A stretch of DNA of 63,704 nt, filler included, from Octopus bimaculoides (GCF_001194135.2; 3 parts of 3 records of this genome joined end to end with filler, not necessarily neighbours in it); one strand, 5' to 3'; counted from the whole stretch's first letter, positions 1-13,552 are shown. Program-made: numbers and translations. The notes: a model not told the origin generated them from the letters alone.

Positions 1-160
1 TATATATATGTATGTATGTATATATATATGTATGTATGTATATATATATGTATGTATATATATATATATGTATGTATATATGTATGTATGTATATATATA
101 TATGTATGTATGTATATATGTATGTATGTATGTATGTATATATATATATATATATGTATG

Positions 161-216
<56 letters not shown>

Positions 217-228
217 TATGTATGTATC
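1..228. repeat. Compound (TA)n/(TATG)n microsatellite
   Basis: Direct reading; source of the spurious Y/I/M/C/V ORFs in the track. Confidence 0.97.
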
Positions 229-430
229 TAGATCAAATTTACAGAAAACAAAAGATGCAAACAGGTGAAGGAACAACAAGCAGGTGTATTAATTTGATGC
301 TTGGGAACAATGGAACAGTCTTTGACATTTTGAGTCTAGAGTCTATGCTCTTTGACAGAATGAATTGGGAGGATAAAAAAAAGAGGAGAGAGAACAAAAA
401 AAATGAATAGGGATTAACGGTTCAACATGA
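229..430 (-). mobile_element. PLE-type terminal repeat (family PLE-c) with CpG-decayed hammerhead-like motif
   Basis: Alignable with 53259-53470 (caaatttacagaaaacaaaa...ggaacaacaagcaggtgtatta). Minus strand 320-358 reads ctgtcaa-a-gagc-atag-actc(tagactc)-aaaa-tg-tc-aaag. Confidence 0.55.
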
Positions 431-434
431 AGAA

Positions 435-465
<31 letters not shown>

Positions 466-1110
466 TTATTTATAGAAGGTTGATTGTTATGGCCAGTCAG
501 GAAACGACCATTAGTTTTGTTCCTATAAAACACTTAGCTGTATAGGGGACTTGTCAGACAACTGACGGTATGTGTGTATGTGTGTGTGCGTATGTATACA
601 AAGAGAGAGAGATATACAAAATGTTAAAGACCTTTCCCATTCTTTCCTGAGTTTTAAACTAATACAACCTGTTTGTTGTTCTTACACCCATCTTAAATTT
701 TTCTATATTTCATATAAGTTATGAGAATGAATTCAAAGCAAATGGTGATATTTTGAAATCTTTTAACACATACATTTCAGGTTTGTGTAATACACAATAG
801 GAATGCATCCATAAAGTTAGACTTTCTTCAGTTAAACCAAATCAAAATATGGTTTAAATGATTTCAAAATATCATATCACTATTTGGCTTGTCTTTATTA
901 TTACAACTTAATGCCAATATAAGTTAACCAGTCCAGATACCACTTATGTGGACAACAGTTTGGAGTAATTTGTTACATTTCACTTAAATCAAAACTTTCA
1001 GTACTGTGTATCTCTTCTTAGTGTTACATGGAATTTATATATATACGATGACATGCAAGGCTTAAACAATATAAAAAAATATATACATACATATATCAAA
1101 TTCAATTACA

Positions 1111-1225
1111 GAGCCTGGAGCTATAGTAGGAACACTTAAACGCCTCTCTGAAGTATCATGCAATAGGATTGAAACCAAAACCTTGTGGTTGGAAAACGAA
1201 CATCTTAACCATACAACTAAGCCTA
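1111..1225 (-). mobile_element. Degenerate SINE family A head/core
   Basis: gctatagtaggaacactt...ccttgtggttggaaaacgaacatcttaaccatacaac is the diverged reverse complement of the family A head. Confidence 0.55.
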
Positions 1226-1809
1226 TAATAGCTGGCAATTAGTATCATTTGGAAGTGTGTCTAGTTTGATATATTTTCATTTTCCTTAATAAAAAGATAA
1301 TAGTTCTTAAATTAATATCAGATATTTTCTAAGTAGACTTGTCAATAATTAAAATTCATCAGCTACTGAAACTATTTTAAAGTATTCATATTTTTATACA
1401 CCCAGTAATGTTCTTATATACGATTCTGCTCATCTTCAAAAAACATAACCTCTCGGGACAGGTTAACTGGCAATGTTTCATGTACTAATTTGTGACTCAA
1501 GATCACAGATCTGGGTGATATAAACTGTTGACTGCATTGATCTAATACTGGACATGTAATTATCTCATTGACCCTGGAGGAATAAAAAGCATTTTAGCAG
1601 GATTCAAACTGAACTGAATGTCTCTTAAACTTAATATAATGGCAATAGCTATAATGGAAGATTCTCATAACAAATAAGTAATCTAAGGATCACAACCAAA
1701 TGTTGGCAATGGATTTAATATAAGCACCATAAATTGGGTGTCTAATATATATATGCTTCAATATATACATAAAAATATACATGCATATAAATATATATGC
1801 ACATACACA

Positions 1810-1857
<48 letters not shown>

Positions 1858-3245
1858 TAAAAGATATATATATTTAATATATTGAATTAGACCATAATCA
1901 CTGTAAAAATATATATCCACTGAATTTAAGAGCTCGATTGTCGAACATGTTAAACTCCACTATAATTTCTTCTACAACCCAATATTCATAGAAGGAATGA
2001 GTTTGCATAGCAACAAATTGGCTAAAATGAGAAGAAAATATTTAGGAGAATAAAAAGGTTTCAATGATATTTCAAAATGTCATTATTAATCTCTACAGCT
2101 GTTTTCATAGTTAACATACAAATGTTTCTGTCCATATAATCATTACATGATTTATATAAAAAAAAAAAAGGCATAATTCATTCATTTGAATGAGAAGAAT
2201 CAGCCATTTCATCAGGGATTAAAAATCAAAATATGAAAATCAAAACACTGCTGCTGTTTGGAAGAAATAAACGAGAGAAGATATGTAAAGTTTGCGAAGT
2301 AAGCAAAAAAGAAAAACTACGTTATAAAATGAAATAGATGTCAAAAAAGTATTTTGGTAAGACAGATGGCTGACACACCAAATCAGTACTCTTGGGTATA
2401 GTGTGTATAAAAGAGAACTGAAATGATAAAGAAAGACAGCTATGATAAAGGTGAGAGGTAAAATAACAAGAAGAGAAAAAGACAATGAAATTAGAGACTG
2501 AATATAATTAAAAATATCTAACTAGGTGTCAGGGATCTGTAAAGTGGTGTAGAAGTGGAAGGGTTAGAGTAAAAATTCATTCAAAATACAATTAAAGCAG
2601 AAGTAGGTAGCAAGGTAATGCTATAGTAGGGAGGTATGTCGTAGGTATACATTAATGTTAAGTTAAGAATATGAGTTAGATCTCTGAAAAAACGAAAACA
2701 GATTAACAAGCCCAAAATTTATGCAGTTAAAATATGTAAACCAGAGATAGAAGTGCATTATAAATGATTAATCTCTTCCATGTCAAAAATACCATTTTTT
2801 ATTATTATTATTTATTTTGAATCTGTATATAAGGAAGAATGAAGTACATAAATTATTTTGGATTTATTTTTGGAGTTATGATTTATTATGAAGTTACTGA
2901 TAGAAATGATTGTTACTGAGAGTTAATGATAGAAAATGGGAATAACATCATGTACGAAGTATTTTGGGTTAGAAATAAGTGACAGATACCCCAGAGTACA
3001 GTGAACATATATTTTCATTCAAAAATATATTTAATAGACATCTCTGAAGAAAAATATACAGGATAATATGTTAAGACGTTAAGTAATGCTAGTATAAAAT
3101 GAGAGATCAATAGATCTGTTAATAGGAGTCAAAAGAAAACAAGTAAAACATAACTTAGAAAGTTCAGAGTATTAGCGTTAGAGTATTCAATAGATTAGGT
3201 CAAGCAGAGTAACAACAAACAATATCTCAGTCAAAAAGATTAGAA

Positions 3246-3662
3246 GGCACAGGTGTGCTGTGTGGGAAGAAACTTGCTTCCCAACCACATGGTTCCAGGT
3301 TCAGTCCCACTGCATAGTACCTAGGACAAGTGTCTTCTACTATAGCTTCAGGCTGACCAAAAATCTTGTGAGTGGATTCGGCTGATGGTCACTGAAAGAT
3401 GTCCATTGTATATGTATGTGTGTTTGTGTTTGTGTGTGTGTGTTAGTGTGTGTGTGTCTTTGTTTGTCCCCCACCACTTGATGACTGGTATTGGTGTGTT
3501 TATGTTCCTATAACTTGGTGGTTTGGCAAAAAGAGACTGAACAAATAAGCACCAGGCTTAACTAGATACAAATAAGTACTGGAGCCAATTCATTTGACAA
3601 AAGCTCTTCAAGGAGATGCCCCAGCATGGCCGCAGTCTAATGACTGAAACAAGTAAAAGATA
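3246..3662 (+). mobile_element. tRNA-derived SINE family A (CORE-like central domain, internal microsatellite), full length, CpG-decayed
   Basis: Colinear with 42040-42462 and 63555-63704: head ggttc(c/a)ggttcagtcccactgc, core (g)gcaagtgtcttctactatagc, internal (TG)n, tail ccagcatggccgcagtc..tgactgaaacaagtaaaaga. Confidence 0.9.
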
Positions 3663-3848
3663 TAGAAATGATTGAAGTGTTAAACACAATTATGGAATAT
3701 GGTTATAAAGTATTGAGTTGATAACGAGTGAAAAAAATCTCATTCACATTAAATAAAGATCTTATGAAAATTACATTGTACTTAAGTAAATGTTTTTTGG
3801 TGGAAGTCTGTGTGAAAGTCAGTGGATGAATATTATTCTAATCTTCAA

Positions 3849-4234
3849 AGGTGGTGAGTTGGCAGAAACGTTAGCACACTGGGTGAAATGTTTAGCAGTA
3901 TTTCGTCTGCCGCTACGTTCTCAGTTCAAATTCCGCCAAGGTTGACTTTGCCTTTCATCCTTTTGGGGTCGATTAAATAAGTACCAGTTATGCACTGGCT
4001 CGATGTAATCGACTTAATCTGTTTGTCTCCTCTGTGTGTAGCCCCTTGTGGGCAGTAAAGAAATAAGAAACATTAGCCTGCCAGGCAAAATGCTTAGCAG
4101 TATTTCCGCAAAGGTTGACTTTGCCTTTCATCCTTTCTGGGTCGATAAAATAAGTACCAGTTGTGTACTGGGGTTGATATAATTGACTGGTTGCCTGCCC
4201 AAAAATTTCGAGCCTTGTGCCGAGAGTAGAAAAG
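3849..4234 (+). mobile_element. Dimeric tRNA-derived SINE family B
   Basis: Two tandem cores (gactttgcctttcatcctt..gggtcgat.aaataagtaccagtt) joined at aaagaaataagaaac(a)ttagc. 17-bp TSD attatt(c/t)taatcttcaa at 3832-3848 and 4235-4251. Confidence 0.88.
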
Positions 4235-6395
4235 ATTATTTTAATCTTCAAGATAAAGTCAGGAGTGTGTAGTAGAAGTAGGATTTTGAGACTGTGCTTA
4301 TGCAAAGAAATCTTATATTTGTCTCCCTCAGGTGATCCTTTCTCTTGATTTCACTATATAAGGTTCAAGCTACAACATCATGCCCCACAGGCATGTTGTA
4401 CAATGTGGACATTTTCAAACTGCTACATATGATATGGGTGACATCTTCAATGTTAATTGCAGAGTCTGAGTTAGTTGTCACATCTAAGTAGTTTACTGAC
4501 ATCCCTGTCCTTTTTGAGCATCAAGTATTTTCTTATTACCATAAAAACCCATGTAAACTACGCACCTGTGTAATTTATGCAGGTGATTTTCAGGATAAAA
4601 TTTGTTAAAAAATGCTTCTACTCGTGTAAAATTCACACCCAAAAGTTTTCAGAATTGCCTATGTAACCAGGGAGAAAGGGCTTTAAATTTAGTTGTATTT
4701 AGCATAATTTCACTTACTTATGATTAAATTTTATTAAATTTTCATTAAATAAGAATAGTTTCTGTTTAACAGGTATCACATTGAAAGCTATTAAATTACA
4801 AAGTGTTTCTGTTGTTTATGATAAGCTTTATTTTACATTTCTTGCCCACAAGAGATTATGTCTGATCTTTCGCATACTGCTGTAAGTCTTCTAAAATCAC
4901 GATCATAGGAAAAGTTGTTGATGAGAATTACCAACAAAAACAAAGCTGATAAATATGCACAGGTACTGCAAATTAAGTTTAATTGCCAATAAACATCAGC
5001 TTGGATGACGCTTTACTCAACCAACAGAGGAAGGTGACCGATCAAACTGATTATGTAAACAGAGTTCTTTTCCACTTATTCTTGTCAGAACCTTTGATAT
5101 GGAGTACTGAAATTTTAATCCCTTTCACTTATAAAATGTCAAGCAAACTTAAAAATTTGTCATTACCATTATTGTCAGTATGGGCAGAACTTATGAATCA
5201 TTTGCTGTGAAGTAGAAATTAAATATGTTGAATATGCATTTGAATGTGGCAATAGTGCCAGTGTTAAAAATTAGCTTAAACAGTACGACAAACTTAAAAC
5301 TGTGCCCAGTAATAAACAGACAGAAATAAAAACATACAGTCAAGATTATCCATATCAAGACATTTTTTCCAGTCAGGAATATCCATTTTATTATATATGT
5401 CAATGGTGCTCCATTGTGATAGGTAGAAACTCCAAGCAATGTAAAATACAGCCCTGCATGTTTACCAGCATGAACGTCACATTTCAAAAAGTAGTTAACC
5501 ATTTAATTGTTTTAGTAAATTTATACAGAAAATTTAAGCATTATACCAGCCAGCATAAATAAAAGTCAACTTCGTATTTAAGCCATTATTTTTTCTGTAA
5601 AAACCTATTTTGACATTAAATGAGTCAACCTCTGGTACGAATGTTTGTTTTGTATGTCTTAAAGCAACAAATAAATTTCAAAAAACAATTCTGGAAATGA
5701 TCTACTCATGTAAATTATGCATCCACTAAAATTTATTTTTATTTTTGCAAAAAAAGTACGTAAATTACGTGGGTTTTTACGGAATTTTCTGCTTCTATTT
5801 TGAAAAAGCATATCCTTCAAAGTGAGAGCTAATATCTCAATTGTTAGTCCAAGATGAACTACTCTTGTTGTCAATGTGTGTACGTAAATCTATCTATCTA
5901 TCTATTAATATATATCATATGTAAAGCTCTTATATATATANNNNNNNNNNNNNNNNNNNNNNNNNNNNNNNNNNNNNNNNNNNNNNNNNNNNNNNNNNNN
6001 NNNNNNNNNNNNNNNNNNNNNNNNNNNNNNNNNNNNNNNNNNNNNNNNNNNNNNNNNNNNNNNNNNNNNNNNNNNNNNNNNNNNNNNNNNNNNNNNNNNN
6101 NNNNNNNNNNNNNNNNNNNNAGGCTAAATGTCTTAATATATTATGTTTGGTGCATCAATTTTTTGAGTTCAAAAGCTGCCAGGATGAACATAGTCTTTCA
6201 TCTCTCTGGGGGAAGGTCAATGAAATAAGTGCCTCTAATATACTGCTTTTAATTCATTTCAATATAAGTCCTCCTTCAAAACATCACTTCTTATTAGTTA
6301 AAAGAAAATATTAATTTAAAGTGCTTCCATTGCAATAAAATACGAGCTGGTTGTTAGAAAAGTGACAAGGCATTTTTGTATGTGTTTAGTTAGGC

Positions 6396-6399
<4 letters not shown>

Positions 6400-6434
<35 letters not shown>

Positions 6435-6673
6435 GTGTATTGTCTCATTCATTTATTCATTCATTTGTTCGCATCCCTTCAGGAAATTTATGTGGAGACT
6501 TTTTAGAGTGTTTTTCAGATTTTCAACAGAACCTTGATTGGATCTGACAAACAATAGAGTGCTGGGCATCTGCAGAACACACACATATATATATATATAT
6601 ACACATACATATACATGCATACACACACATATATATATATACATATATATACACATACATACATATATACGTG

Positions 6674-6731
<58 letters not shown>

Positions 6732-6790
6732 CACACATACATATATTTATGCATACACATGCATACACACATACACATATATGTATGTAT
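6400..6790. repeat. Compound (TG)/(CA)/(TA) microsatellite tracts
   Basis: Direct reading. Confidence 0.9.
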
Positions 6791-7171
6791 ATATGCATGT
6801 TATGTGTATGTGGTCTTTTTTTTCAATATTCTCACAATCTATTCAATATTTATTTCCGCTGGCTTAAGTCTATAAATGTATTTATCTGGAGCCACCGAAT
6901 AAGACAAAAGAAGTTAAATTGTTAAGAAGAATGAACCTAAAACTTGAGATTTTCAGGGTAGGGCAAATAAGAAGTCATTGCATTGTTGGCCTTTCCTTAG
7001 GTCAGAAGTAATGAAAGCAAATCCAAATAGACCTAACTGGGAATCTCTGTCTGGTATTGCTGAGAGATAAATAATCAACATAATCTGTCAAAAGTGATTC
7101 ACATACTGGAAGATTAATAGCAGCTATAGTTTTGCATCATTGCTCACCACAATGTATTTGATAAACAACAA

Positions 7172-7202
7172 AAACAGCAGCAGCACTAGTAGTAGTAGTA
7201 GT

Positions 7203-7234
<32 letters not shown>

Positions 7235-7300
7235 TAGTCGTAGTCGTCGTAGTAGTAGTAGTAGCAGCAGTGGCAGTAGTAATAGTCATGTAGTGGTAGT
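7172..7300. repeat. (AGT)n/(AGC)n trinucleotide repeat
   Basis: Direct reading. Confidence 0.93.
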
Positions 7301-7665
7301 TGGGTTTTTCTGTATTTTTGGTAGGCTGGGGATCCCGTTAAATTTCTAGCAACCACTCGAATTATTCCAAATTTTCTCCACATAATTTTCCAACAAATTT
7401 TGTTTTGCATGCTAAAGACAATTGGCTAAAATTATGTAACTTTAAATGCTTGTAACATATTTCTTTATTGAAAAGAGGCAAAATGAATGCAATTTTCACC
7501 ATCAGCATGTAAAACTACATAAAAACTACAATTTTTTGAAAATAATGTGATGAAAATTTAAAATACTTTAAGTGGCTGGAAGAAATTTTACAGGATCATT
7601 TTTCTTTTCGTTCCCTTATAAAATTTTGTTGTATCTTCAAATGGTAATCTAATATCAAAGACATA

Positions 7666-7876
7666 AGAAGGCAGTGAGCTGGCAGAAATATTAGCACACT
7701 GGGCGAAATGCTTACCAGTATTTCATCTGTCTTTACATTCTGAGTTCAAATTCTGCCCAGGTTGGCTTTGCCTTTCATCCATTCGGGGGCAATAAATTAA
7801 GTACCAGTTGCATACTGGGGTTGATCTAATCAACTGGCCTCCTCTCCCAAAATTTCAGTCTAGGGAAGAAAAGAAA
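7666..7876 (+). mobile_element. SINE family B monomer
   Basis: A-box-like tggcagaaatattagc, B-box gagttcaaattc, shared core. 12-bp TSD atcaaagacata at 7654-7665 and 7877-7888. Confidence 0.9.
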
Positions 7877-7934
7877 ATCAAAGACATAGGAACTGACTTT
7901 TTTTAACTCCTTTTTATTATTATTGGTCAACTAA

Positions 7935-8151
7935 AGGCAGCAAGCTAGCAGAATTGTTAGCACACTGGGAAAAATGGTCAGAGGCATTTTTTTTGCCATT
8001 ATGTTTTGAGTTCAAATTCTGCCAAGGTCAACGTTGTCTTTCATCCTTTCGAGGTCGATAAAACAAGTACCCATTAAGCACTAGGGTGGGGCGATGTAAT
8101 CGACTTACCTCTTCCTACAAAATTTCGGGCCTTGTACCTATAGTAGAAAAG
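7935..8151 (+). mobile_element. SINE family B monomer
   Basis: Same head and core, tail aaatttcgggccttgtacctatagtagaaaag. Flanked by attattattggtcaactaa at 7916-7934 and 8152-8170. Confidence 0.9.
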
Positions 8152-8855
8152 ATTATTATTGGTCAACTAAATAACTAATTAACCAATTAAGCAATTAACT
8201 GATTGCCAGATGAATCATTCAAATACTCTGTCAGACACTCTATCTGGTTTGTTGGAGTCATTTCATCACCATTTTGGAACTCATATGACCCTCATTTCAC
8301 ATCAAGAATCTTACAAAATGACATGCAATAAGGTTCTTCATCAAGTAGAGCTCACTGAATGCTGAATGTCAAGAAGTCAGTAGCTGCTGTCTAATCAAGT
8401 TTTAGGGCTGGGCTGTTTCAATGTTCAGACATGTCTATGATCACCATTGCACTGTTTTCCTGAGGGTTGCAAATAACTCTAGTTTCTTCAAACGGCTATA
8501 CATAGAAGTGCCTTGGTATTCTATTTCACAGATAAATACTTAGATATATGAAACTGAATAAAAAGATGACACTAATAGCATGCATAAATTTGCAAAAAGC
8601 TTCCCATCCTGTATGCATTTGGTCGGTAAAAAGAAAAATAATTAAAATTCATTACTTAGAGTAAATCAAATGAAGTTATGAAAAGCTTTGCATGTTTTGT
8701 TTGAATCACTAGCACATTAAATTTTCAGTGTATAAATAAACAAATATAGACACATTGTACCTTTGGACTGTGGATTCCCCTTGTAGTTTAAGTATCACCA
8801 ACTTGTGTTAAAATTTTATGTGCATGTGTGTGGAATATTTATGCATATTTTACAT

Positions 8856-9045
8856 GACGTCCGTTTTCCATGCTGACATGGGTTGGATGGTTTGACTGGA
8901 GCTCATAAGGCCAGGGGCTGCACCAGGTTCTACTGTCTGTTCTGTCATGGTTTCTACAATTGGTTGTCCTTCCTAATGCCAACCACTCCACAGAGTGTAA
9001 TGAGTGATTTTTATGTGGTGCCAGTACCAGTACTTTTAATGTGAC
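8856..9045 (-). mobile_element. 3' end fragment of the RTE LINE family
   Basis: gacgtccgttttccatgctgacatgggttgg...tcctaatgccaaccactcc is the reverse complement of the 3' end at 20585-20728. Confidence 0.85.
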
Positions 9046-10540
9046 ACACATACACATACATACATTATAACTGATAGACTAAACTGCCAAAACTATGAAT
9101 TTGACATTTTCGCTCTTTTGGCTGGTATCCTGAACATGCTTACTTTGAATTATCTGATGTTTAAATATGTTTGGAAATATTATATGAATGCTATTGAGAA
9201 AATGCTTATCATCATGTATTTTAGCACATTTGTGCAAGTAAAGCATGTAAAAATTCATACTTTCATTTCATTTCTGTCTCTTGAGACATACTTTCACTTC
9301 ATTTCTGTCTCTTTAAAACTTATCATTGCATAAGGTTTTTAAATCTGAAACAAAGGACATCACATTCAGAACTCTTTTCTTAATGAAATTGCCTTGTTGT
9401 TTCAGCAAAAAACTATTTTTTTCAAAACACTTCTAAGCCAGTAGTTTATCTACAAACCAGACTGAAAACTTACAAAAAATACTTAATTCCATGCATACAA
9501 GCTGACAAAAGAAGGTTTTCTTTTGTTCAAACAGTTACTTCTTCAAAACAAAAATCTTGAATTTTTACTCCAACAAAGTTTACACTATGTTGTTAATTTG
9601 AAGTTGCCATTCTTGATGGGCTATGCCTTATCTACAATCTATCAAGTAATTTTGAATTTGTGAGCATTTCCTTCATCTAACAACCATATAAATTTCAGTA
9701 AAACCATAGAACATATATAAGGTCTGACAAATGAATGTTTCAATTTATAAAATCTATTTTTTAATGTCATTTAAGTTATTCCAGTGTGTATATTAAGTTC
9801 ATTTTTGCTGTTTATTTCTACTCTAGTACTGTATACTCTTGATTTTGCCTAACAGTTACCTCCTAGTGAGGAATAATCACAAATTCTGCTGTTGCACAAT
9901 TGGCATTAGCTGGCTGTTTGCCTCTCTATGTCATTTGACATTGCAGCATTGCAATCTCTGACATAACAAATGAAATCTTTATTAGCTAGATAACTAACCT
10001 TAACACAGTCAACATCTTACTATACTTATGCCCCAGGGAAAATGGTAATGTATTATATAGAGAATTTCCCAGTTATATTTGTTCTTATTTCTAGACTAAA
10101 ATATGGGTTCTACCATAAACTATTCCTTTACCAATCTCAATTTATATGCTGTGCTCTCTTAGTGATTTTTACAGCTTTAATTTTATTGGAGAACTCACTA
10201 TTTCTAAGTGATTCACTATAATAACCAACAGTCCTTCATCAGAAAATATTGAGAACATCTGTTTATTTATATTGTTGACTAACTTCCCCAAGATATTAAG
10301 TGGGTGATTAAATTTCCAATGTATGTACACCGTTTTCTCAATCAGCTAGTGTTAGGTTTTGAAGCTATTATTATCATCTAGTTTCATTTACATATTAATT
10401 TCAGTCATTTATAATTTGTCTCTTCTTGATGAATTAATAGAAATTAGCATGTTTGTGTGTATAGCTAGATTGATAGACAGATAAATGGATGGACAAACAG
10501 GCAGGCAGACAAACAAATACAAATATATATATATATATAT

Positions 10541-10625
10541 ATCATCATCATCATCATCATCATCGTTTAACGTCCGCTTTCCATGCTAGCATGGGTTGGA
10601 CGATTTGACTGAGGACTGGTGAAAC
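10541..10625 (-). mobile_element. RTE 3' terminus with (ATG)n tail, truncated by gap
   Basis: (atc)n-gtttaacgtccgctttccatgctagcatgggttggacg matches the RTE 3' end. Confidence 0.85.
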
Positions 10626-12544
10626 NNNNNNNNNNNNNNNNNNNNNNNNNNNNNNNNNNNNNNNNNNNNNNNNNNNNNNNNNNNNNNNNNNNNNNNNNNN
10701 NNNNNNNNNNNNNNNNNNNNNNNNNNNNNNNNNNNNNNNNNNNNNNNNNNNNNNNNNNNAGAGAGAGAGAGAGAGATAGAGATAGATAGATGGGCAATAC
10801 ATACACACATTTGATTGCTCCATCCCAGCTGTCAATGGAATTTCTGACTTTCCATCCATGACCTCCCAGTCCTGTTGCATGGTTTGAAAATAAGAATAGT
10901 AATTTACTGGGTGCTTCCAACTGGTTATATTTGAATAGGTCAACAAGCTTCCATCACCATAAGACCTTCAAGAGATGATATGACAATGAAGTCATCCTAA
11001 AAGGACATCAGTACATTATTGGATAGTAATGATAAATGTTTATACAACACGAGTACCATTATCTGAGTCTCTCTGATGAGTACCTAGTTACATACATACA
11101 TATATACATACATACATGCATGCATACATACATACATACATACATGCATGCATGCAAGCAAACAAATTGACAGACAACAAACAAACAAAACAAACAAATA
11201 TGCACATGTGATAGGTACCTGATCTACAGTATGTAAAAATTAACTGTTCTTTTTAGAGACACAAATAATTACTTGCATGAGATTTGAAATCATAGACTTC
11301 TACTAAAGCCTACCCAAGAGACAATAATAGCTATATGAGCTGCTATAACCATTTACACACTAGAAAAAAAAGCGATGGGAAACACACAAAAACATACAAA
11401 AAAATAGCAAACAAAAAATATCACAACTTTAACAAACTATTGCAACAGTGACAACAAAACCTTTAAACATTTTCCTCCAAATATAAATGCAACAAAAACT
11501 ATCTTTTAAGCCAAAAAATATAACAAATATAGAACCACAGTGAATATTTACAGCAACCTGCACTGTTACATGATGCAAAGATATCCCTTAATCATATTAG
11601 TGTGGTCTACTGTTTAAAGCACTTGGGAGAAACTATTTCAACAACAACCATTGTGAAAATCTAGCACAAACATTTTTTGGACAAGAAATCTAACTGGAAT
11701 TCTAAAGAAGCTGTTTGCAGTGCACATAAATATTCTGTAATTCCTACAGATGCAGCCCATAGAGTTTCTTCAATTTGGGATAAAAGTGATAAAACTCATC
11801 TTGTTTGTTAATTTGTGAAAGAAATCAACTGCAAATAGTTTTTGCCAAGATAGACATTTTTATTCAAAAGACATAGTTTGCTAAATCGTGCATATTAACG
11901 TAAGCTTCTGCAATTTCTTCTCTTCAAGTCTGTAGAGATTTGTCCAACTTTGGAAGATTATAGAATTCTGGTTTCTAATTCCAGAATACTATAGGCCTCC
12001 TAAATCTAGTTGTTGCTTTGGCCATAACTAAAAACACTACCTGCTATATTTATATTCTTAGTCAAACTGTAGATAGCTTTGTCTACTTAATGTATTAAAT
12101 ATTTGCTAAATGAAGAAACATTAATACACATTCTACTTAATCATATACCTATAGGTTATCTTCTTTAACTTTCTACACTTAATTTAATCCAAGCTAATCT
12201 CTTGCTATTTTCTCTTTATTAATGAGGAAGCTGTAATTAATTACACAAGCTTATCCACATCACTAACTCTGTTAATGCCAATTTGCGCCTGCATCTTTCA
12301 ACAGTAAATGTTTTTCAGTTATTGTTTGAAATTATCATGCCTACCAGCTTAAATTTACTCTTTTCTAACTGTAATATTTGACAGTCATTTTAAGGGGTTT
12401 AATAAAACTCACTCTTGTCTGAAGCTGTTCTTTTGTATACCCACATTTGATATTTCACGATTTAAGACATCAGGGTTACTTCCCCACATTTTTAGACTAG
12501 AATTAAATCATTAACTGAATGTATTTTTCTCCCAACTACGAGTG

Positions 12545-12997
12545 TAATTACCCTGTACGCATAAGCAAAGGCAAGGTATTGTAATTACTCGTTTTTGTCT
12601 GTTTGTCAGTGTGTCTTCAAAATTACTGGAAAATGGGTGAATGGATTTTCACTCATTGGGTGACTGGCTTGAAGTGTTTGTCTTCAAACATACATAAATA
12701 CATACATAAATATGCGTCTATGTGTGTGTGTGTTCGTGCATGCGTGTGTGCAGGGATGGATTGGAGGGTTTAATTTATTTACGAGTTGGTTTCTTAATTT
12801 CACCGGGGTATAATTACCAATAATGGTGAAACACTTCTCAAATTCTATGCAATATTTTCTATAAGAATTTCATTTTGTACACTTCCTTTTTTTATATGAA
12901 TCGACCCTCGTCTGCCTGTATATAGACCATGGTGTACCTATGCACGAAGACACGTGTGGGTACATACGTATACAAAAATACATACATGGATATTCAG

Positions 12998-13064
<67 letters not shown>

Positions 13065-13552
13065 TGTGTGTGTGTGTACAGTGATGGCTTCAAGGGTTTC
13101 ATTTATTTATGAGTTGATTTCCATATTTCACCAGAGTATAAATACCCATAATGGTGATACTTAAAAAAAAAAATCAAACTTACAAAGTTTCTGATAAGCA
13201 AATGGTCATATTATTTATATCCCATAATGAACTACAGTACGTTTGATTCACTTGCTAACATTGAAAGACGTTGAAAACACTTAAATTCTAAGCAATATTT
13301 GCTATAAGTATTTCCTTTTGTTCACTTTTTCATATGAATCGACCCTCATCCGCATGTGTATAGATCCTGGTATACCTATGCACATACAAATGTGTGGGTA
13401 CATACATACATACGTACGTGACTCTGTGTGTATGTGTGCGCGTGTGTTTGTGTACAGTGATGGATTCGAGGGTTTCGTTAAGTTATGAGTTGATTTCTCA
13501 ATTTTGCTAGGCTATAAATACCTATAATAGTGATACTTGAAAAAAAAATTGA
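12545..13552 (+). mobile_element. Modular non-autonomous element with internal degenerate tandem units and microsatellites (HINE/Helentron-like)
   Basis: Blocks cag(g/t)gatgg.tt..agggttt..gagttg.ttt recur at about 12750, 13078 and 13453; tatgaatcgaccctc at about 12895 and 13333, separated by (TG)n. 5' part attaccctgtacgc..tttgtctgtttgtc..caaaattact..ggattttca resembles invertebrate HINE-type starts (recollection, unverified). Confidence 0.5.

Noticed and set aside
8-410. Numerous Y/I/C/V/H/T-rich ORFs here and at 6.4-6.9, 23.8-24.2, 28.6-29.0, 30.3-31.4, 47.1 and 56.6-57.9 kb
   Set aside because: Translations of dinucleotide and tetranucleotide microsatellites, which lack stops in some frames.
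2170-2220. CTGATGA-aatg...catt-CAAA on the minus strand
   Set aside because: No GAAA, stem III or stem I; chance match.
2250-3240. Purine-rich strand-biased tract, possibly a very old PLE or LINE
   Set aside because: Only an 11-nt match (agagattaatc) to the 61-kb remnant; insufficient support.
11065-11095. CTGATGAG motif (also at about 10240 minus, 25085 and 30245)
   Set aside because: No downstream stem II-GAAA-stem III arrangement.
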